A stretch of 11,381 nt of DNA from PVC group bacterium. GTDB lineage: Bacteria; GCA-001730085; JADFSZ01. The translations under genes and the position numbers were made by a program. The notes under the pieces were generated by a model that was not told the origin of the DNA, ran no database searches, and was given only the letters and a program-made list of their open reading frames with translations. This document shows, one piece after another, positions 8,003 to 11,381 of this stretch (position 1 is the first letter of the stretch; each line of letters begins with the position of its first letter). The stretch covers positions 1-11,381 of the forward strand of contig JADFSZ010000039.1 of NCBI GenBank assembly GCA_022560555.1, in the 5' to 3' direction.

Positions 8003-10084
8003 CTACTGATAGTCTCTTCTTAGTTTCAGAGTCGCCGTAAGATTCTGCCGGGCCTTTGAATAATTTATGTCGATTTCAAGTGCATTCTCGAACTGATCAA
8101 TCGCCGCGTCAAAAAGCCCCATCCGGACATAAAGATTCCCCAAATTATTAAGAACTTGGGGTTGAGCTGGATTCAGATTGATCAAATAGCGATATTGTTC
8201 TAGTGCATCTCCAAACTGTTCCGTTAAAGTGAGAGAATCGGCTAAGCCGAGCCGAGCCGTGAAATGAGCGGGGTCAAGACCAAGAGCCTTTCGAAAATAC
8301 TTAATCGCGCTTAGATAATCTTTTTCCAAAATCATTGCCGTCGCGAGACCCATAAAAGCCCCTGGAGTTGGATCAATCTCAATAGCACGTAAATAGTGAA
8401 AGACACCTTCTCGTGACTTTCCGAATCGCAACAAACTTGCGCCATAATTCACGTGACAAAGAGCATTATTAGGATCAAGCAAAATGGCTTTTTCGTAATA
8501 ATCAAATCCCTTTTCGAATTCTCCCAATGTGATCCACGCATTGCCCAAACTTGTTAAAATATTTGCGTCATTTTTTTGATGTTGGTAGGCCGATTCATAA
8601 TACTGTAAAGCTTGATCATATTGACCCGCTTGCATCATGACATTTCCTAGATGCACATATGTTTCGGGATGATCAGGGATCAGTTCGAAAACTTTTTGAT
8701 AGTATTCGACCGCTCGTTCGGCATCCCCTTTGCGCATAAGGAGATTCCCCATATTGGTCAATGCTCTCGGATATTCGGGCTTTAGACGGAGAGCCTGAAG
8801 ATAATTCTTTTCGGCTTCTTGATTATTACCTTCTTCAAGGTAAACAAGCCCGAGACTATTGTACGCCATCCAGGATTTTGGATTTTTATCTATTGTGTCC
8901 GCCCATAAGGTCTTTTCGCTTTTGTAAATTTGGGATTGTTGAAATGTCAACAGGCTCAACACCACAACAGATAACCCCATGAACCCATAGACCCAAACAC
9001 GAGACTCCTTATATTTCATAATGATGGTCTCAATAAAGTACACGACCAAGACCACCGCTCCAATCATCGCAAAGTACTGCCAATGATCAGCCACGAATGA
9101 AAACCTCATAAAATAAATATTCACAAAACCTAAAACGGGAAGAATCATAATGAAAAAGTACCCAAACCCGCACAGCATGGGGCGCCCCCAAGAGCGGCGT
9201 TTTCTCCACAAAAAGATTCCTCCGATCAGCATGGAAAGGATCGGGATATACGATATCAATCGACTTGAATCAATATTCCATCTAGGATAAATAAAAATCA
9301 AATCGGAAGGCCATACCAGCTTATAAAGATAAAACCAAAAAGCCCAGCCCGCTCCCAGAGCCCGCGTCAACAGGGAATCCGTTCGGATAATGGCTTCGCC
9401 TATCGCGCGATGGTGCTGAAACCAGATAGTAATGAAGCCAAAAACAAGGGAGACCAAAAAGAAAGGAACGAGTCTCAATATCTGCTTAAATTTTATATTT
9501 CCGTTTTGAAAGTAAAAATAAAATCCCAGCAAAATCGGGACTCCAACCACAGCCGTCTTGCAAAGAAGAGCCATAACAAAGAAAAGAAGAGACCAATAAT
9601 ATTTTTTTGAATCATGTCTTTTATCCCATTTCACAAAACAGGTAAGACTTAAAAGATAAAAAACCATCGTGAGCGTGTTTTTTCGCTCCGTGATCCATGC
9701 TACCGATTCAACATTTACGGGATGAACGGCAAAGATGAGGGCCGCAAACCACGCCCCTTTAAAATTGAGAAGCAAAAGCAGTTGCCATAAAATATATACG
9801 CTCAAAAGATGCAGAATAATGTTGGTAATATGATATCCCGTCGCGTTAAGACCCCACAACCTCCATTCAAACCAAAGTGATGTTGAGACAAGAGGAAAAT
9901 AATCGGGCGCTTCGGTGGAGGTCCAAAATTTGATCAGGCCATCGGAACGATGGATCAGGGAATTCTGGTAAAGAAACGTATCGTCGTTCCATATGAATCC
10001 CGACGACATCGCGGGAAAATAAACGGCTATGACAAGAAGTATGATGAAGAGAAACTTAATTGGATCAGGAATGTTACGGATCAT
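8003..10084 (-). CDS. polytopic membrane glycosyltransferase (GT-C / PMT-TMTC-like) fused to a C-terminal 8x TPR domain
   Basis: 693-aa ORF, ATG at 10084 with AAGGTG 5 nt upstream. The first ~390 aa hold about 10 or more hydrophobic segments, with an acidic motif FIWNDD just after TM1, where GT-C enzymes carry their catalytic DD/DE loop. The last ~290 aa are eight consecutive 34-aa TPR units, e.g. SWMAYNSLGLVYLEEGNNQEAEKNYLQALRLKPE and YPRALTNMGNLLMRKGDAERAVEYYQKVFELIPD. Confidence 0.75.
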   Translation of the reverse strand: MIRNIPDPIKFLFIILLVIAVYFPAMSSGFIWNDDTFLYQNSLIHRSDGLIKFWTSTEAPDYFPLVSTSLWFEWRLWGLNATGYHITNIILHLLSVYILWQLLLLLNFKGAWFAALIFAVHPVNVESVAWITERKNTLTMVFYLLSLTCFVKWDKRHDSKKYYWSLLFFVMALLCKTAVVGVPILLGFYFYFQNGNIKFKQILRLVPFFLVSLVFGFITIWFQHHRAIGEAIIRTDSLLTRALGAGWAFWFYLYKLVWPSDLIFIYPRWNIDSSRLISYIPILSMLIGGIFLWRKRRSWGRPMLCGFGYFFIMILPVLGFVNIYFMRFSFVADHWQYFAMIGAVVLVVYFIETIIMKYKESRVWVYGFMGLSVVVLSLLTFQQSQIYKSEKTLWADTIDKNPKSWMAYNSLGLVYLEEGNNQEAEKNYLQALRLKPEYPRALTNMGNLLMRKGDAERAVEYYQKVFELIPDHPETYVHLGNVMMQAGQYDQALQYYESAYQHQKNDANILTSLGNAWITLGEFEKGFDYYEKAILLDPNNALCHVNYGASLLRFGKSREGVFHYLRAIEIDPTPGAFMGLATAMILEKDYLSAIKYFRKALGLDPAHFTARLGLADSLTLTEQFGDALEQYRYLINLNPAQPQVLNNLGNLYVRMGLFDAAIDQFENALEIDINYSKARQNLTATLKLRRDYQ

Positions 10085-10127
10085 AGGTACACCTTAATAC
10101 ACCCACAAAATTTCAGGGCAAGAAAAA

Positions 10128-10201
10128 TGGCGGCGCAGGGATTCGAACCCCGGACACGAGGATTATGATTCCTCTGCTCTAACCAACTGAGCTACGCCGC
10201 C
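10128..10201 (-). tRNA. tRNA-Met, anticodon CAU, elongator type (could instead be lysidine-modified tRNA-Ile2); CCA not encoded
   Basis: Minus strand: GGCGGCG TA GCTC AGTTGGTTA GAGC A GAGGA ATCATAA TCCTC GTGTC CGGGG TTCGAAT CCCTG CGCCGCC A. This is a full 74-nt cloverleaf: 7-bp acceptor, 4-bp D stem, 5-bp anticodon stem, T-loop TTCGAAT, one G-U pair in the T stem. A G1:C72 pair and no GGG/CCC run in the anticodon stem argue against an initiator. Followed by TTTTT. Confidence 0.9.
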
Positions 10202-10311
10202 AAAACCATAGATTTCGAAATTTGTATATTCTATTAAAAGAGATTTGATTTCCTGCTCTAATGCCGAATGAGGCTTTCCTTCGAAGAATCCCTTCGGCAA
10301 GCTACGCCGCC
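10202..10311 (-). pseudogene. decayed tRNA-like copy immediately 5' of the intact tRNA, with a 38-nt hairpin in place of the D-loop
   Basis: On the minus strand, 10311-10300 GGCGGCGTAGCT is identical to tRNA nt 1-12. 10299-10262 is a hairpin, TGCCGAA-N24-TTCGGCA. 10261-10253 TTAGAGCAG is identical to tRNA nt 18-26. GAAATCAAATCTC is a degenerate match to the anticodon arm AGGAATCATAATCCTC. A TTCGAAAT resembling the T-loop TTCGAAT lies further 3'. There is no matching 3' acceptor strand, so it cannot fold as a tRNA by itself. Confidence 0.4.
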
Positions 10312-10326
10312 GCAAGACTTTTTTAT

Positions 10327-10974
10327 CTATGAATCTTCTTCTATCGAATCTGCTTGATCGGCACGTGCAAGATCACCCTTTTGAACAGGAAATACATCCC
10401 CAAAAATTTTAAAAAGGACCAACTGAACATAAAAGTGGATACCCGACAAAAGAATCCAGCTAAAAGGATCTCTACGAAGCTGCCATTGCCTGAGAAATAC
10501 ATACATAAAAGTCCCAAAACCAAGCACAATAAAAAAAACAATGACGTACTCTTGAAAAACGCTTTTAATTCTCTGAATGATCTGTTTGAAATCAAAAGCA
10601 TCCTTAAAACGATATTGGAGAACGAAATTCCCGATACTCATCGGAAGCAAAAAACACATCCCGATGATAATTAATCCGGCAATGGTCGTCCATGTAGGAA
10701 AAAGCCAGCTTAACACAGTTCCTGGAACAATAATGTAGCAGCAAACAACGGCAAATATCATAACTCCATGCTTCAAAAAAAGAATCCAATCATCCCATTC
10801 CGGCAGCGACTCTTCACTTTTTTGAATACGGTTTCTATAAATTTTGGCCACATAACCTGTAGCGGCAAAATTTAAAAAAGGAACAGCATTCACAAGCCAG
10901 CCAATTAAAAATTTCTTCCACCAGCGTTCATCGGAAAATGGGTATGTAAGTGATTCGATGAAACGTAAGCTCAT
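10327..10974 (-). CDS. DUF4013-like integral membrane protein, function unknown
   Basis: The track ORF starts at TTG 11025. I prefer ATG 10974 (215 aa) because AAGGAG sits 7 nt upstream and a candidate promoter lies inside the longer version. The N-terminus SLTYPFSDERWWKKFLIGWLVNAVPFLNFAATGYVAKIYRN...SLPEWDDW matches my recollection of the DUF4013 pattern (YP-x-D-W-KxxLIG...GY...lPEwdDW). Four or more TM segments and an acidic C-terminal tail (ADQADSIEEDS). Confidence 0.6.
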   Translation of the reverse strand: MSLRFIESLTYPFSDERWWKKFLIGWLVNAVPFLNFAATGYVAKIYRNRIQKSEESLPEWDDWILFLKHGVMIFAVVCCYIIVPGTVLSWLFPTWTTIAGLIIIGMCFLLPMSIGNFVLQYRFKDAFDFKQIIQRIKSVFQEYVIVFFIVLGFGTFMYVFLRQWQLRRDPFSWILLSGIHFYVQLVLFKIFGDVFPVQKGDLARADQADSIEEDS

Positions 10975-11011
10975 GGAATTCTCCTTCTTTGCGACGTTTA
11001 AGAAAGCATTT

Positions 11012-11041
11012 AGTGTATCACACAAGAAGAATTTTTGTCAA
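11012..11041 (-). promoter_or_regulatory. candidate sigma70-type promoter for the DUF4013-like gene (and possibly the tRNA)
   Basis: Minus strand: perfect TTGACA (11041-11036), an 18-nt spacer ending in TGA, then TACACT (11017-12). This is the same TGA-extended -10 layout as the mscS promoter. The -10 match is only 4/6 and the spacer is long. Confidence 0.3.
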
Positions 11042-11090
11042 CCGTAATTTCATAAAGCACTTGCATCAAATCCTGCTCCAAGAAATAACC

Positions 11091-11120
11091 TTGACAGATA
11101 CCCCGCTTCATCTGTATTCT
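11091..11120 (+). promoter_or_regulatory. candidate sigma70-type promoter for rpoN
   Basis: TTGACA (11091-11096), an 18-nt spacer, then TATTCT (11115-11120), about 55 nt upstream of the rpoN ATG. Divergent from the candidate at 11012-11041. Weak -10. Confidence 0.3.
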
Positions 11121-11175
11121 ATAAGGGCTTCTTCTTTTTGGCATAAAATTTTAAAATTGTTCATAGGAAGACATC

Positions 11176-11381
11176 ATGCCCCTCGAAATGAGGCTTGTTC
11201 AAAAGCAAACGCAGAAACTTATTCTCAGCCCGCAGATGCAGCAAGCCATCTATCTGCTTCAACTCCCTCTCATGGAACTCAAATCCCTCGTCGAACAGGA
11301 GATGGTCGAAAATCCCGTGCTTGAAGAAACAAAGGGGGAAGAACAAAAAGACCAAGACACTGAAAGCGAAGAGAACAATAA
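11176..11381 (+). CDS. rpoN: RNA polymerase sigma-54 factor, N-terminal region I and start of acidic region II (partial; continues beyond window end)
   Basis: Not in the ORF track because it has no stop in the window. Manual translation from ATG 11176 (AGGAAG 5 nt upstream) gives MPLEMRLVQKQTQKLILSPQMQQAIYLLQLPLMELKSLVEQEMVENPVLEETKGEEQKDQDTESEENN. The leucine/glutamine-rich LxxSPQMQQAIxLLQL...EL...E-NP-LEE block is the sigma-54 region I signature, followed by an acidic stretch. ATG 11188 is an alternative start. Confidence 0.88.
   Translation, partial: MPLEMRLVQKQTQKLILSPQMQQAIYLLQLPLMELKSLVEQEMVENPVLEETKGEEQKDQDTESEENN

Noticed and set aside
1918-9610. Track ORFs overlapping the large minus-strand genes, on the opposite strand or in another frame of the same strand (1918-2274, 2303-2485, 2382-2615, 3955-4242, 4462-4860, 4982-5248, 5001-5210, 6055-6294, 6092-6397, 6492-6695, 6810-7079, 7518-7712, 8761-8982, 9410-9610)
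   Set aside because: Each lies entirely inside a gene with strong family motifs. Their translations are low-complexity or rich in rare residues with no recognisable motif and no RBS. Shadow ORFs like these are expected by chance in AT-rich coding DNA.
9950-10168. 72-aa plus-strand ORF ending ...AAQGFEPRTRGL
   Set aside because: It reads antisense through the start of the GT-C gene and then through the tRNA. The GFEPRT peptide is the familiar artefact of translating a tRNA T-arm.
10128-10311. tRNA-flanking direct repeat read as an att site of an integrated island
   Set aside because: The repeat copies the tRNA 5' end rather than the 3' end that integrases usually target. It lies only about 100 nt away, with no room for cargo, and there is no integrase in the window. 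Tandem-duplicate decay fits better.
10341-10789. ORFs overlapping the DUF4013-like gene (10341-10601 minus, 10354-10674 plus and lysine-rich, 10604-10789 minus)
   Set aside because: They are alternative-frame or antisense readings of a hydrophobic AT-rich gene. They have no RBS or motifs, and the main frame has the better start context and a family-like N-terminus.
11139-11154. Sigma-54-like -24 element TGGCAT upstream of rpoN
   Set aside because: At the required spacing, the -12 position reads TTTA instead of TTGC, so the invariant GC is missing. This is probably chance.
10989-11355. 111-aa plus-strand ORF (10989-11324) and 64-aa minus-strand ORF (11161-11355)
   Set aside because: Both overlap the unmistakable sigma-54 region I reading frame starting at 11176, and both span the intergenic promoter region. 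rpoN explains this sequence.
1-11381. Search for defence systems, mobile elements, CRISPR or other repeat arrays, and riboswitches
   Set aside because: Every ORF over 200 aa is accounted for by a metabolic, envelope or housekeeping family. Intergenic space is limited to gaps of about 200 nt or less, and no spaced direct repeats or terminal inverted repeats were seen. The 5' leaders are too short and unstructured for a confident riboswitch call.

Overview
AT-rich, densely coding bacterial chromosomal segment; the organism cannot be identified from the sequence alone. Nine of ten genes are on the minus strand. Reading that strand right to left: a DUF4013-like membrane protein (10974-10327); an elongator-type tRNA with anticodon CAU (10201-10128), preceded by what looks like a decayed tRNA copy carrying a 38-nt hairpin; and a 693-aa polytopic GT-C-like glycosyltransferase fused to eight TPR repeats (10084-8003). 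Next, behind a good sigma70-type promoter with an extended -10, comes a tightly packed cluster mscS-otsA-otsB-treT (7796-2966): mechanosensitive channel, trehalose-6-P synthase, trehalose-6-P phosphatase and a TreT-type GT4 trehalose synthase. After only 40 nt it continues into an FAD-dependent oxidoreductase, a PIG-L/LmbE-family N-deacetylase (ATGA overlap) and the N-terminal membrane domain of an ABC exporter that runs off the left edge. The 5' end of rpoN (sigma-54) lies on the plus strand at the right edge. The two edge genes are absent from the supplied ORF track and were found by manual translation. Two track ORFs (otsB and the DUF4013-like gene) begin at TTG codons that I think are too far upstream. 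I see no CRISPR array, transposase, integrase, phage gene, toxin-antitoxin pair or recognisable defence system. The best candidate for something undescribed is the trehalose/osmotic-valve cluster and its possible extension into sugar-tailoring and export genes, but that link is inference only.
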